A stretch of DNA of 56,501 bases from contig CDROCS010001491.1 in assembly GCA_977020255.1 (NCBI GenBank), positions 441,500 through 498,000 of the forward strand. Direction: 5' to 3'. The notes below the pieces were generated by a model that did no database searches, was not told the origin of the DNA, and saw only the letters and a list, made by a program, of their open reading frames with translations. The stretch is from Obrimoposthia wandeli. Lineage: Eukaryota. A program made the translations under genes and the position numbers. Positions 34,200 through 48,389 of this stretch are shown piece by piece; position 1 is the first letter of the stretch; the number at the start of each line of letters is the position of its first letter.

Positions 34200-35040
34200 A
34201 AACTATCAATTACTTTTTATGTAATGAAATATTACAATAATAACTTATCTTATTGCAGTTCAAATGCAGAAACTGGCTCAAGGCATGCTTCATGATATGA
34301 TGCATATCGTAGCCCCGCAAGCTGTGAAAAATAATCGGGAGACTACGACTCAACCGCCTACTGAGGTTACACTTGAAATGAGCCACACCGAGAAACTCCC
34401 CTTTCATATGATCATGATTGCGCTTCTTGTTCGCAACTCGCTTCTTTCCCAAATAGCAGATTGGAGTTGAGTTGAAACTAACAATCTGTACTGGCGTAAG
34501 TGGGCACATAGCTTCGGCGGCATGGCTTCCATACCTAGGGCACACAATCTCCTTCACTAGCTGCTTTAGATTCTTCAAAAACTCAACAACACAAGACTCA
34601 CCAGTAAAAGCAGAGTACTCGTGCTGGAAAGTAGTGGAATCCACTGAAACAGGAGAGAACACCATACCCGCCGCAATTGGAAGGCGGATTTGATGGTGAA
34701 TCCCATGCGGTGGTAGTACTGCTTCGAAGTCGAAGTAGAGGGAAAACGGAGGAGAAATTGTCTAGCTCAAGTCTGAATTCACAGTACTTGTTTATAAGCA
34801 TCTGGTACAGAGTTGTATACTCTGTATTCGAAGTGCAGAGGGACACATGCTTATTGAACGCCTACACTCCGTGGATACATTTGTGATACCACGTACATTG
34901 AATACGAGTTGCAGTCCGTCTGTTCCTATAGTTAAATAACATATTCAACTAAAGTACTACTACGTAGTGGTAAGTGCTATCATTTTCAAGTAAAAGCAAG
35001 TTGACGGGCTTTCCTGCTAGATTAGTGGTTCGGTAGATCA
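34200..35040 (-). pseudogene. pPolB fragment from a different, GC-richer Polinton lineage
   Basis: FTGESCVVEFL...CYLG...RNHDHMKGEFLGVAHFKCNLSRR...IIFHSLRGYDMHHI; markedly higher GC than its flanks. Confidence 0.88.
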
Positions 35041-35631
35041 CGCCAATGAAAGAATTTTTGAAAATATCCATATCACTGGGGATATTACTGAACGAATTAT
35101 AGGTGAAAACATTAATTGAAAGTCTATTGAAACCTTTTGTTTCTTCAGTGACTTATTTAGTCACATTCTTCAATGATGTCTCAACTTTTTCTAAATTTGT
35201 TTCAGTCAGCGCAGATCACCTGATGTTAATTAACTTTATTTTAAAGCTAATTAAGCTTTCATTCTTAGTAATATCTGATAATTTTTGGCCAAGACAACAA
35301 GACTACAAATTGTTAATTTTATTTAATTTTTTGTTCAACTCGTCATTTTTTGGAATCAATACAATTTTTATACTAAAACTATTAAATTATAAAGGAAAAG
35401 AGATATTAATTATTATATTATCATATTTTTGATAAGGAAGTATCTTTAAGAAATAAATATTTTTTTCTAATTTTAATTTTCCATTAGACATCTTTAATTT
35501 ATAACATAAATAAATGAAGAAAAATGTAAAACCAATATAGCAATAATCATCTTATTAGTTCTTTGATATCAACTAGGAAACCAATAATAATCAAAGTGTA
35601 GTCAAAATCAGACGTAAAATTCGACAGAGGT

Positions 35632-35673
35632 CTATTTGACAGCCTTGGGATTGAGAATACCTTCCAGTTGGGC
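35632..35673 (-). CDS. DNALI1: Axonemal dynein light intermediate chain p28, last coding exon
   Basis: TGTAG|GCC CAA CTG GAA GGT ATT CTC AAT CCC AAG GCT GTC AAA TAG = AQLEGILNPKAVK*, matching the conserved AQLEGII C-terminus; phase 0. Confidence 0.88.
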   Translation of the reverse strand, partial: AQLEGILNPKAVK

Positions 35674-36429
35674 CTACATAGGTGAAATTCATAAAATTAA
35701 TTCGACTTTTTCTTAAAATAAAACGCATCATTAGTTTGGATAACTTTATTTTTGAACGGAATTACCCCAAAAATGTAGAATTTATGAAATCTTTTAAAAT
35801 AATAAAAAGTTTTCCATTGAAGAATATAACTTCTCATAAATCACTCTTGTTATTTTACTTCTGAGGACAGCATGTGCAAACATATATATTATATTTTTAT
35901 GTATTACTTCTTATTTTTGAGTTAATAAAATAAGTCAATCATCCTTATCAAAAATATAAAGATTTATAAAGATATTATTAAATAGGAATATTTCTAAACT
36001 TTTTTAAAATGGCTTTTATTTAATCAAATAATTATTTTGAAATATCTTGAGAAAATGTTGTAAAGAACGAATATGTAAAAGTAATTACAGTAAGTTCACG
36101 ATTATTTGAATATTATCTTCAATATAAATTTCGGTGTTTGGATATAAAATTGAACATTTCTTTTAAAATTGAAAGCGTTTATTACAAATGAGCAAATAAA
36201 ACTACGGATTAGTAGCTAATTAAATGAAATATAAACTTTAACAAACACTTATAATCACAACAACAAAATTGTATGAAGCACAATGATCGAGTTTAAGTAG
36301 TTTTAGTTTACAAGGTGTTATTTCTACAATGAGGTCTATCAAACCTTTAATGTAGACATTTCGTACATTGCAAGATTGTTTCTAATGCGTAGACTTTCTT
36401 CAATGGAGTTAGACTGCCACTTTATTTCA

Positions 36430-37040
36430 ATTTTTCTCTTCAGTGGAACTCGTTGCATTTTCTTTGTATCAAAGGATGTCAAGCCAACCCTCCAATCCCT
36501 TAATCCCATTCTCTGAAAAGCGTGTCATAGTGAAATGCACTCTGAAAATTCTTAAGCAAAACCTACAGAAAGAACAACATCAGCGGACTGCTTTTCACTG
36601 TGTAGAGAAACAGATTTAATAAAAATATGAAACTTACATTTAACTCGTCTTCGTTTTTTATAGGATATTTTTTAACAATGAGGTCTATCAAACCTTTAAT
36701 GTAGACATTTCGTACATTGCAAGATTGTTTCTAATTTTTTTTATGTATTCCTTTATTTGTGGGCATATTATTCTCCTTACTTGACACAAACAAATGTATA
36801 ATGCGACATCAAGATTTTAATAAATACACGTCTTTATAACTTTGAAACTCGAAGAACCTTGTCTCTTTTTCTGTTGATCACATTTTTAAGTCTGCAGCTT
36901 TTCAAAAGAAGCTTTTATATTAAAAATTGTACTGTGCTCAACTCAAACGTTTCAGTAATTTGTCCATAGCTGCAACCTTTTCTGTTGTTCTCGCATATGC
37001 TAAGTTCATCATTGATTGATAGAACAACTCATTGTCTTTT
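36430..37040 (-). mobile_element. Tigger/pogo (CENP-B/Jerky-type) transposase remnant
   Basis: KRQ*VVLSINDELSI...KG.SYGQITETFELS.STIFNIK (psq HTH), LDVALY..LCQVR, SLHSEKQSAD. Confidence 0.6.
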
Positions 37041-37649
37041 GTAGGCTGACATATTTATTTTTAAACATAGTGCATTTCTCAAAACACAGAAAAAAATTGT
37101 ATTTATTTGTTGATTTAACATAAATTCATCTTTATTTCTTATAAATTCATAAAATTCATCATTTAACTTAGTGACTTCAATTCTATCTGGCTGTTATATA
37201 GACAGACACTCGTACATACTAACATAATTTTGCATAATTACAAAGCACTTAAATTGCATACTATAGATGTTGGCCTCCTATTGTCCATTAAAATTAATTA
37301 AAATTCATTGCTGCTTTAAAAAACGTTCTTAATCAAGAATCAATTATGAAAATATCCCCCCATGATCAGATCTAATCTTCAACCAAAATCGTAGAAAACA
37401 AGACCAACGTCAACAAATTCACAAAGCTCTCAACTAAGCAACAACAAAAACAACTGACATAAGTGACTAATCTGTTACAATTTGAAACCAAAATAAAACA
37501 GTTCAATTAGCATGTCAACCGATACAAACGACCTATTGATATTATTGTTCTTCGCGAAAACATAACGTGATAATTCTTCTTAATGTCCTTTTAAGTGATG
37601 TTTTAACTAAGAATTCAGTCTCTTAGTCGATCATTGTCATTGTCATTCT

Positions 37650-39060
37650 CTTTCATTGATATTAAGATATCTTAAAGGTATTTTAGTCAAATAACTTTGT
37701 AATTTTAGCTCACAATGAATCATGTCATTCGAACATTTTCCATGGCTCGTCAAACACAATTCGAACCTTGGTTGTTTCGTTGTCTCGACGTATTACATGA
37801 AAATTTGGTAAACAGATACGAATATTCTGTTATTCTTCCTTGTTCAATAACCGAATATACCATTTTTTAAACTTATTCTGACATCTCTTTTACATATTTC
37901 TTTTTAAGATGTTTATCTTAAGTCAGCAATTTTAATTAACTTTGTAATATTTTTATCTTCATTTCTTCATTTAATTTTAATTTCCCTTAGCCATTTTCTC
38001 ACGGAAATTTAACGGCAAATCATGTATCATGTAATCTTATTTACTTTAAATTTCGGTTTAGAATATTCTATTCCGTTTATTCAATTCTTAATCATTGTTG
38101 GGCATTTGTACGATTTTCCAAAATTATTTAACAATGACTCAATTCAGTATTGGTTAAATATGTTTAAAAAAACTTTGTTTGATATACACATGGCTTTTCT
38201 GTCCTAACTTTCCCAATATATGCCAATACTAGTGGAGTCTTCCTAGTAATCGGTTCGTCGTGTGTATTACCTCTCTTTCTATATACAAGTGTGTATCTCT
38301 ATCATATTTGTTTCTAGGAACATCTTCATAAACTTTACGCTATTTGCGGACGAGAAATTCTTTATGATTACCGAAATATTTGGCAAAGTCACCATCATTT
38401 TCTATTGAACCAGCAAATGCGTTTGGTCCAACAGAGCAGTCTGACTTTTATACTGCCTTGCTATTTCGTTTGTATTTTAATGTGTAAAACCCAAAGAGGT
38501 TTTTGACTACACCGATTTATATTACATGAGTCCGCGCATACAATCTTTTGCTCAATGGTCTTTTTCATCTTTACATCTTTCAACATCATCCAAAATATTT
38601 CAATTAGGTCTTTCAAATATCCTTTACAGTATATTACCTCTTTCGAAAATCTAATATTTTCAATCAACTTGAGATGCTTATGTCCCAAATACTGATGCAG
38701 ATGAAGAAGCTAACTTGTCTTGTCGGTCAACCAACACCAATCAATGCGATGAATGTTGCTTTCCAAGTTGAGTATCTTAGGATTGTCGAAAATATTATTG
38801 TAATGTTAACCTTCTTTATTTAGTTAAGTTATTCCTTATTTTTATTATATTTGAACACATAGACGCTCTCCGGTTTTTGATTTCTGTCTCTGTATGTTGT
38901 TCATTTTAGCGATCAATCCCTATCATAAATTTTTGCTCGGATGCTCTCAACATAATTATTTGATTTGACCTCTTCTGTGATTTTCTTGCCGGCAAGGATT
39001 CTATAAAAATCGAATCGAATTTGCCTAGAAAACCTTTGTACGTTGTCTCCATTTATAACT
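37650..39060 (-). mobile_element. BEL/Pao LTR retrotransposon remnant (protease-RT region), in the last DNALI1 intron
   Basis: YLPNFHVIRRDNETTKVRIVFD; colinear with 43850-46260. Confidence 0.82.
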
Positions 39061-40159
39061 AATTTCGCTGACTCCAATAGATTAAACACCAAAGTTTTAT
39101 TTTTAAAACTACAATATTAACTTTAAGTAAGATTGTATTTTTATCAATAACAACAACAGCAGCAGTAAATCTTATGTAACGGTAATATCTAATAAATCTA
39201 TGATTTTTACTTCTGTTTGCAACTAATTTCAACTAATATTTTGTGAATAGTAAAATTTTCAACTATTTCTTGAAATTTTCAACCATTTAAAGTTTCTTAT
39301 ATCCATCAGTAAATAGTTGTAAAGATACGACATAAATTTCAAAGATTTCATGAATTGTTTATTTAAAAATTTATTAACAAATCTACTGTCAATATCGTTT
39401 CTCCCAAGATGCATATATATGCTCAATGTAAAAGGCTTGAGAAGATCATATAAATATGAAGGCTTTCGTGGGAGAAAATATTTTTTCTGATAATAAGAAT
39501 CTTGAATTCAATTCTGACATTGATCGATAGATAATGGAGCTTCATGAAATTGACACTTGTACTAAAATGTGGATTCGGTGGAACATCCGGATTTTTCATT
39601 GGTCCTGTGGACTATGTCATTTATCTGAGACATCCGAGATAATCCCCAGTTGGAGAAACACTAAAAATAAGATTTTTCCCGATAAGCCCAAGATAATTTT
39701 TGAAAGTAAATACAATAAGAAATTATTGTCGCCTGTATCTAAAATTAATTTTAAAAAAGTATTCAGGTTAATCGCCACCTGCAGCCTGCTATCAATTGAC
39801 TTATGTTTCAGTTTAATTAAATGACTTAAGAATTCATCTGGGTGGAAAATCAAACCATATTTCTTAATTCGTCTGTGCTGAAGCGTCACAAATGACACCA
39901 CGTAATGAAAGTCCCCAGTAGAGCTTGTCCATATTATGTTCCAAATCCATGCTAGATACAATCTTTACCCATACAATCCAGGACAAACGGAAAGGGTCCC
40001 GTCATCCACAACGTTTTGTTTATCAGAAGAACTTTCCTTTAATTTGAATATAATTCTGATAGCTTGATTTTTTTGCAAACGATTTATTTTATAAACTGGA
40101 ATATATTAAGCCGAAAATCTCATCTTTATGTAATAATCTATTGCATAAATACCGATTAC

Positions 40160-40324
40160 CTTTAACTGCTGATTGGTTTTCTTTAAAAATTGTATTTCTT
40201 CATGATGCTTCTTTTCCTCGTTTTGTCTTTGTTCCTGAGCGCGTAGTTCAATCTGTTCTGCCTTCATGATGAGGTCATTTACTTGGCGCTCAAGGTCTCG
40301 TTTTTCAACCTCCAAAACTATAAT
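40160..40324 (-). CDS. DNALI1: DNALI1/p28 penultimate coding exon
   Basis: TTTAG|IIVLEVEKRDLERQVNDLIMKAEQIELRAQEQRQNEEKKHHEEIQFLKKTNQQLK|GTAATC. Confidence 0.95.
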
Positions 40325-43300
40325 CTAAACCATATAATTCGTCTGTAAAACATAATGATGCCTAAAATGAATTAAAATGCATAAAACGACATACTTAACG
40401 TCATATATTCCAGCCCAGATTGACATAAAGTGACACATTCAAAATTAAAATGTATTTTACCGCGATTAAATACACCAGAAAAATATACAACACTAAATTC
40501 TTGTATGGTAATACTACTTTAAATAAGATAAAAATAATTGAAATCAAAACACAATAATGTCTCAGCGTACTGCACCAAGAAATTTACAAATAATCACAAA
40601 TCACATTTATTATGGAAATATATATTTAAATAATATGAATAACATTTTATAATATCATACATACATTTATTTATATCTAAAGTGCAGCTACAAGATGACG
40701 TATCAATATCCAATCTCACACTTTACCATTTAAAGATAGTCGTCCAAAACCAATGTATAAATATATATGAATGCTGTTAGAAGTTCTGGATTATATTATA
40801 ATGAATCTTATTTGTGATTTTTCAGAATTAATTGATGGAGTACGCTTTGAGATATTATTATGCTTCTATGTAAAATAACTTTCAATGATAGCCCTGCTTT
40901 TCTATTTTTATTTGAAGTGTTTAATCACGAGAAAATAATATTCTAAGTTTGAAGGTGTCACAGAATACCAATATGAGCTGGAAAATACGATGGCATACTT
41001 AACTCAAAACTTTATAAATGAAATATAAATATAAACCCAATTTCTGTGTTGGTGATAAATATTTCAAGCTTTTCAAATAAAATTCACTGTTTCTAAAAAA
41101 TTAAAAGTTCGATGTTAAAACAGAATTCACCATCGACTTAAACACTTGAACTTTCACAACTATTGTTGACTAAAATCTATTTTTTACTACTGACACTTGA
41201 AATGGATTTTTTGACAAACTTCTAGACGACAAATTCAGATAGTTTCAGAAACTTTGATCTAGATTAAGGTGGCACTACACCCTAGATTTCGGAATAGTCC
41301 CGAATTAGAAAGTGTCCGGTTTAACAGTGTCTCTAAAATTATTACGTTGTAAAGTCATATTACTTAATTTTAAAAGTAGGAAAACATATCAACTATTTAA
41401 CCATTTTTCTGGTCGTGTAATATTTTAAAATATTTGTTTAGTGATAAGGTTACAATTAAATTTACAATTAATTGGCACCTTCAAAATGTATGTTTGTCAA
41501 TATTCCAATAATATTTTTTAGTTTATCTGTCTAAGTCGAAGGTTTTAACATCTAACTATTTGACAAAATAATTATTTGATGTGTATTATTAAAACGTATA
41601 CGAGAAAAATGTTTATTTCATATTTAATGTTAACAATCAATATATTATATTTCATCAACTCCATCACACTGACAGACTTTATACTGCGTTATTTTAATAC
41701 AACTACATGTGTACACTGTTTAAATTAAAAATACTGAAAGGAGTATTTAGTCGATTATAGATAAAATACGAGATTGGCAATAGCTTGTATAAGTTGAAGA
41801 TGTCTGGGTAAAGAATACTCATGCTATTTTCTAAAAGGTGGAGGTAAAAATCGTGAATATTTGTATTAACGATATTTATATCACATATCGAGACATATTG
41901 GAAAGATGTATTCTGATACCTCATCTTTTAAAAGATAACAGGTGTCTTCAATGTTGAAGTTGTTTGAGCGGGTGGATTTGAAAGAGAATAAATATATTTT
42001 ACCAAAGGTATCAGATCATCATTGAAATGACGTTTTATCACAATAATCATTAAGTAAAGAGTTTCAATAAAAAAACAGTTTTACAATTTTCCTGAACTGT
42101 AATTTATTTGTTTCTAAATCAATTCGTTAGTTTCTTTTTTTCTGAGCTTTTCTTATACAAATACTTCACTTTCTGTAGCTTACCAATATTTTCAAACATT
42201 CGAAGTTGTTCTAATTTTTAAAGCAACTTTTTGACTTGAATATCTGTTCAAACAATCTCTATAACAAAATCGTTCTACATATAGATTATATAAATCATAT
42301 TTGTTTGGTTATTGAATATACATTTCCAAATAATTTACATGTTTTATCCTACTATTTAATATTCAAAAAAATTACACATCCTTGAAAAGGAAACATGTTT
42401 ATTTTAAAAAGTTACTGACTTCTACTTAAAAGGATTGGAATTATATTTCATTTGTATATATTTTTTAAAATATACATACATACCTAGTGTTAATAAATAT
42501 TTATAATATTAAGTCATTGTCTTAACTTTCTTGTAATGATATCACCTTATATTTTAAGGCAACCTCAGTTATAACAAACAAATTTGTTGAATAATTTTAA
42601 GATAAATATTTTTATAATTTCAAAGTTTGGGAAAGGTAAAATCAAAGTTACAATATTATAATTTTTCGTAAATAAGGTTTCAAAGTTGAAAATATTAAAA
42701 AGTTTATAAATTCGAGATCTTATGATTTGATGAGTATTACAACTCTCCCGTCATTTCAGATGAACTTAATATGCTTCACGTTTTGAGTTAATTTAGATAA
42801 TTTATTACAATAGAAAAGGAATAATATACAGAAATGAAGTGAGTAAATAACTTATGTATATAATAAGTTTTAAAAATTTTCAACAAACTCTTTGACATTT
42901 ACTATTGTAGTAAAAGTAGACCTTCTATTTTTGGCTTTTAATCATAATACTTTAAAGCTAGTACAACAAAAATTAATTAAACAAAACATTATGAAATATA
43001 TGAGAATTAAACATAATATTTGAAGTATTTATATTATTTAATACTGAATACAATAGAGAGTAGTGTACAATTTATTATATTTTATTGTTTTTAAATGTGT
43101 TGTTCCTTCTTTACGAATTCATCACGTCTAACATAAAATACCGCTAACATACTGTAATATTTTTTTAAATCTTTGACAGTATGCATAAATTCATTTGTGG
43201 TAACGATATTCAATGTTTGTTTTTTTTTAATTTCTTATAATTTCATATTATATACTTATTAAGCCAAAATATTAACTTTATGATAGTACTTATCTATTTA

Positions 43301-43333
43301 TAAAGTAAAATTTTTACATTAGAATAACTGAAG

Positions 43334-43648
43334 TTATAATTTTTTTAATAAGAGAACATAAAACATTAAATTATGCATAATTAGTAACGAGGCGCTGCAA
43401 ATAAACATGTTTAATGTTTCTAGATGAGTGGATAATATCATGAAGGTACGTGTCCCAACGAAATCACCAAGTCTTTGAGTAGACGTGAGCTTTTTTACTC
43501 GATTAATTTCATTGATATTAGTAGGCAGAGGTGGTGCCTTTGTACCACTCCCATATGACCGCCAACATATCTTATTGTTCATAATAAACGAAGAGTTTGC
43601 GTATGGCGATGTGGTATATTTTTCTACCAAAATAAAAACTAGGCTCAT
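43334..43648 (-). mobile_element. Possible MULE-type transposase fragment
   Basis: PPLPTNINEI...RLGDF..TRTFMILST resembles the segment upstream of MULE DDE domains; weak. Confidence 0.25.
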
Positions 43649-43849
43649 GAAGAAATCATTTCGTCATTTTACACATTTCATATGTACAAAGCTATTATTT
43701 ACACAAACATCAATAATGTCGAAGAAGCTGAGAAAGAGCAAGCAAACAGTTTTACGAACACTAAAAACTCGCATAAATTTTCTTATATCTCCTTTACGCT
43801 CTTTCTGCCTTTGTTATAGTCTATAATCATACAAGGTTTCAGGGTATTG

Positions 43850-46260
43850 TTGTCTGGGTCAATGTCAGAAACTCTTTAGCCACCCAGTGAAACTGTCTCT
43901 GACTAAACATAACTTGGTTATTCTTCATAATAGCCATTTATTAATGTTTTAACTAAGAGTTCAAGCTCTTTCCACCATTGTTTATTCTCAACGAGTTCTA
44001 CTGCCTCAATCTCCGTGAGAACACATCCGCTGGATTTTCATTTGTTGGAACATATCTACACCGATTTGTTTCTTTCACTTCGTGAATGATCCCCAATGGA
44101 TTTTCTTCAAATGGTTTATAATATCTCCTGGGTAGTTTGATTCACAAATACCACCTTATGTACCATAATTTGACAAACATTTATGTAAAATAAAACATTT
44201 CGGACTAATAAGCAATGGAACTGTTATTTTTTATAACCCACAAAAATCTCAACATGGTCGCTCTTTCATCAAGTTTTACTTGGCGATACACATATGATAC
44301 GTCACATACCTCCACAAATCTAATTTATCTGAATCTTGAAGGTATTTTAGTTAAGTAACTTTATAATTTTGTCCCACAATGAATGATGTCATTCAAACAT
44401 TTTCCATGACTCGTCGCCTTTGTGTCAAACACAATTCGAACCTTTGTCTTGAAGTACAACAGAAAATGTGGTAGATACATATGAGAATTTCGCTGTTCTT
44501 CCTTGTTCAATAGCCGAATATACCCTTTTTTAAACATGTTCTGATATCACTTTTCATATTCCTTTATAAATTGCTTATTTTTAGTCAGCATTTTTAGTTA
44601 ACTTTATAATCTTTTCATTTTCATGTCCTCATTAACTTTTATTTTTCCTTGTCCATTTTCCCACGGAAATTTAACGGTAAATCGTTAATCCCGTATTTTT
44701 AATCATTTTAAACTTTCGGTATGTAGTTCCTTATCTTGTTTATTTAATTTCTAATCACTGTTATGTTTTTTGTTCGATTTCACATAATTATCTTGTCAAT
44801 TGACTCAATTTAATATTTGTTTGATTTTCATATCACTTTTATGTCTTAACTTTCCCAAAACATGTACATCCTAGTGGATTTGTTCTAGCCATCGGTTCGA
44901 TACGTTTACCTCTCCCATCATCTATACAAGTGTACATATCCATCATATTCGTCCCTATGAGCATCTTCACAAACTTCTCGCTACTTACTGGCGATAAATA
45001 AATATTGCTCAAATCTGGCCAACTGTGTTTAACTTCAGACCAATATATGATCCCAAGATTTCAAATCACTACTTTAATAGCTAACGCACTAACATTTTTT
45101 TCAAAAGACATTTTAACATTTTTAATCTTAAAGTATACTTTTAGTCATTTCATTTCTTTCACTATTTCGTCAATTACTCCGATTGGCATGTTACTTTTGA
45201 TTTCGTCTGATCTCAAATAATCTCAAACAAACTGACTGCCCATAGTATTACTTTTCAATCAATAAAACATAAAATTTCAATTCCCACACTCCATTCTTTA
45301 TGATCACCGAAATTGTTGGCAAAGTCACCATACTTTTCTGTTAAACCGGCAAAATCGTCTGATTCTATACTTCGTTGATCTTTCGATTTGATTTGAATAT
45401 GTAAAATCTAATGATGCCTTCGACTGCATACATTTATATGACATAGCTGTTTTCTGTTACAATTTTTTCTCAATGGTCATTTGTTAAACATTTATTACAC
45501 AACCCTTTATTTATTATCATTTTTCAACTGTATTTTACGGACAATATTCTTAACACATTGCACTGATCGGTGTAATGTTATCCTGTACAAGTTTGACAAT
45601 ACCTTTTACAAATTTGATGTTTACTGTCACTTACATAGACTGTTTTTTATCATCTACATTGACTCAGCTTATGTAAGCATAAACCTTAATTGGTTTATCC
45701 ATCTTCCTATCTATCGGCTGTAGTATGTCATCTACGTATCTTAAACCTTCTCTACTTTCCTGATCCCATTTCAATAGAATATTCCTGTCTTTCTCGTCGT
45801 TTCCACCTCAAAAACTGTAGAATTAATATTCGTGGTAACGTGTTTAGCAACATCTAGTATAAATAACTGCTCCCTAGATCCTGTCTTCTTCCAAGTCGTG
45901 TTAATGTTATTAAGATCCTTTGTACAAACTCAGTAAATCCCTACAAGTCTTTACTTTCTCTATATCGTATTATTTACATATTTGAACACACCTCAATACT
46001 GTCTTTTCTCTTTACAATATCTCCTTTCCTGTTTAAAGATTGCCACGTCATACGCCTCTCCCAGAAATTCTATATTTTCGATCTTGATTGTCATTATCAG
46101 TTTGTTATCTTCGTAGTTGCTGATCATCGTTTATTTCTTCATTGTGACCATCGTTGCTTTCGAACTGAGTTACTTCATTTGATTGTATAATGTCCTACTC
46201 ATTCTGAATTGATTCATCGTCAAGTACTGCAACAGCTTGAATAAAGGTCTTCTTGGAATA
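43850..46260 (-). mobile_element. BEL/Pao LTR retrotransposon remnant (gag, protease, RT, RNase H; internally deleted)
   Basis: SWPDL..MLIG...GRG..EPMART.PLG; KKGYIR...YLPHF...KVRIVFD...GKCLNDIIHCG; RYVPTNENPADVFSR...WW. Confidence 0.88.
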
Positions 46261-48389
46261 TCAGACATAGCGCAATTTATCAAATAAAAACTCAGATATG
46301 AATAAAAGGCTTAAAATTATATGATAAGTAAATTGCTGTATTTTGACGTTGTTACAAAATGTAGCATGCCATACCAAAAATGCTGTAAGTGACAAAACTT
46401 TTTAAATTTATTAGAATTTTATGAATTTTTAACCTTTATTTACCAGTGCATTTTATAATCCAGCATAAAATTGTGAAATTTTAAAAACTTTGCATTTTCA
46501 AGATATTTATCAAGAATTGTTTATTGTTACGAAATGTAATAACGCGTCCTGGTGAGGGGCAATGTAAAAGTGAAAGTCTATTTGATCTAAGATTGAAAGC
46601 GTACGAAATTAACTATAGAAAGTGACATTTTTGTATTATGGTACTTGAGTAATTAAAAAAGCAAATAGAGAAAAAGAAGGTCATCTGAAATGAAAGTGAG
46701 ATGAAACGGCGATGATTATAATTATAACAAAAATGTGAGCCACTGATTTGCCGAGAAATCATTAAACCGCAAAAGTCAGCTTTGATGTGGTGTGTGAATG
46801 GAGATTATGATTGCTGGAAAAATGAAAGCACTCTCTGCTTACTTCGAATATACCTTTGTCTGTTACCTGGACAGATGGAGGGATTTTATAGGCGTCATAT
46901 TCAACAAATCTCGCATTGAAAGTTGCCATTTCGGTAGTGCGTGTGGGATAATTTATCGACATCAAAGCACAGTAGCTGATAGAGATATTTTGTATTTATA
47001 ATTTAACATCACTGAATTCGTTAATAAGGCTTGGTGAATAAAATTTTGAGCTGGAAGTCTTTTACACAATGATTGTGCACTTGACATTTCAGACAGCTTC
47101 TGTGACGAGACACTTAAACTTATAGATAAAGATTAATGTACATTTAAACTTGTTTCGGAAAGTGTTATTAGAAATAAATCAACTTGTCAACACTATTAGA
47201 ATTAAGCAACGAGACTTTTCTGAGAACAATATCAAATTGCAAAGCTAGAAAATGATAATGGGGAAACGGAAATTACATCTGAAATGGAAGAATATTTGAA
47301 AAATTCGATTGACAAAACCCGTGAAAACCGAAGGAGGGATTCTCGAAAATTTAGTCAACGAGAAGCATCCAAATTGGCGAAGAATCATAACCCAATGGTT
47401 AGCTTCAAACATTTAATTGCGGTAATATATATTTTTGTGTTATAAGTGAAGGCGCTAATGTATATACGTTATTCAATAAAAGAACATCTCTAAACTACAA
47501 CAAAAAAGCCCAATCTCTATCGGTTAAACTAAGAATTCTGAGGTATTATAGGCTTCAATGAAGTTTGAGTTGTCCATGTAATTAGAGGTTCAAAGCTAAC
47601 TGATAATTAATTTAGAAATATTGAAGAATTTTAAAAACAAAAAATAATGAAAATTCTATCAAAGTTCAGATTAATTCAAACATAAAACGATTTTATCAAT
47701 CGCATTTAAAAGTCTTAGGATCGCACCTGAAGTAATGTGAAAAGCAAATACCATTATGCGTCTATAATACACCTTTCGACAAAGGCCTTTGAAGCTGCTT
47801 TGTCAGGAGCTGTGTGAGATACACTGTTCACTAACTCAATGAGCACCTGTATCATTTCTCAACCACTGTTCTAGTCTCATTATAAATTTGCAGATCTATA
47901 CTCAAAACTGCAGTTTCTCTTCATTTCTCTGGTTGAATTTCATTTCTCTTGCCTTCGAGTAATTTTGTTCTCAACATTGCAACAAAATTATCTATCTTAC
48001 ATTTACCTCGAACAAATCTACACAGTACTTCTAGCAGTTAAATGTCTGTTTAGAGTGTAATGCAGTAGATTCTAATAAATATTTTTCATAATTACATATT
48101 TTGTGGTTAGCATCTTTTTACTTATTGCTCTTAAAAACAACCATGTTTCAACTACATTAAAATATATTATTTTATCATAATTTGGCATTCTTTCATTAAA
48201 AAGTGGATGAGATTCTCCATTTATCTCTTTTGATTTTAATTCTACATGGTGATTCATAATCACCTTTCCAATTTCAATTTCAGTAATTCACGAAGTGCAG
48301 TTTGTTTTGCTTCTTTCCATTTCACTTTAAAAAGATGTAGATAACTAGTTATAATTGAAATTTAATATTTATTATTAGTAAAATTAAAG

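Noticed and set aside
39617-39961. ORF ending LQLGII as the DNALI1 last exon
   Set aside because: Wrong phase after the nearest AG; a much better exon (AQLEGILNPK) exists at 35632-35673.
41265-41290. TTAA-GGTGGCACTACACC as a Kolobok/piggyBac-like terminus
   Set aside because: No matching second terminus found.
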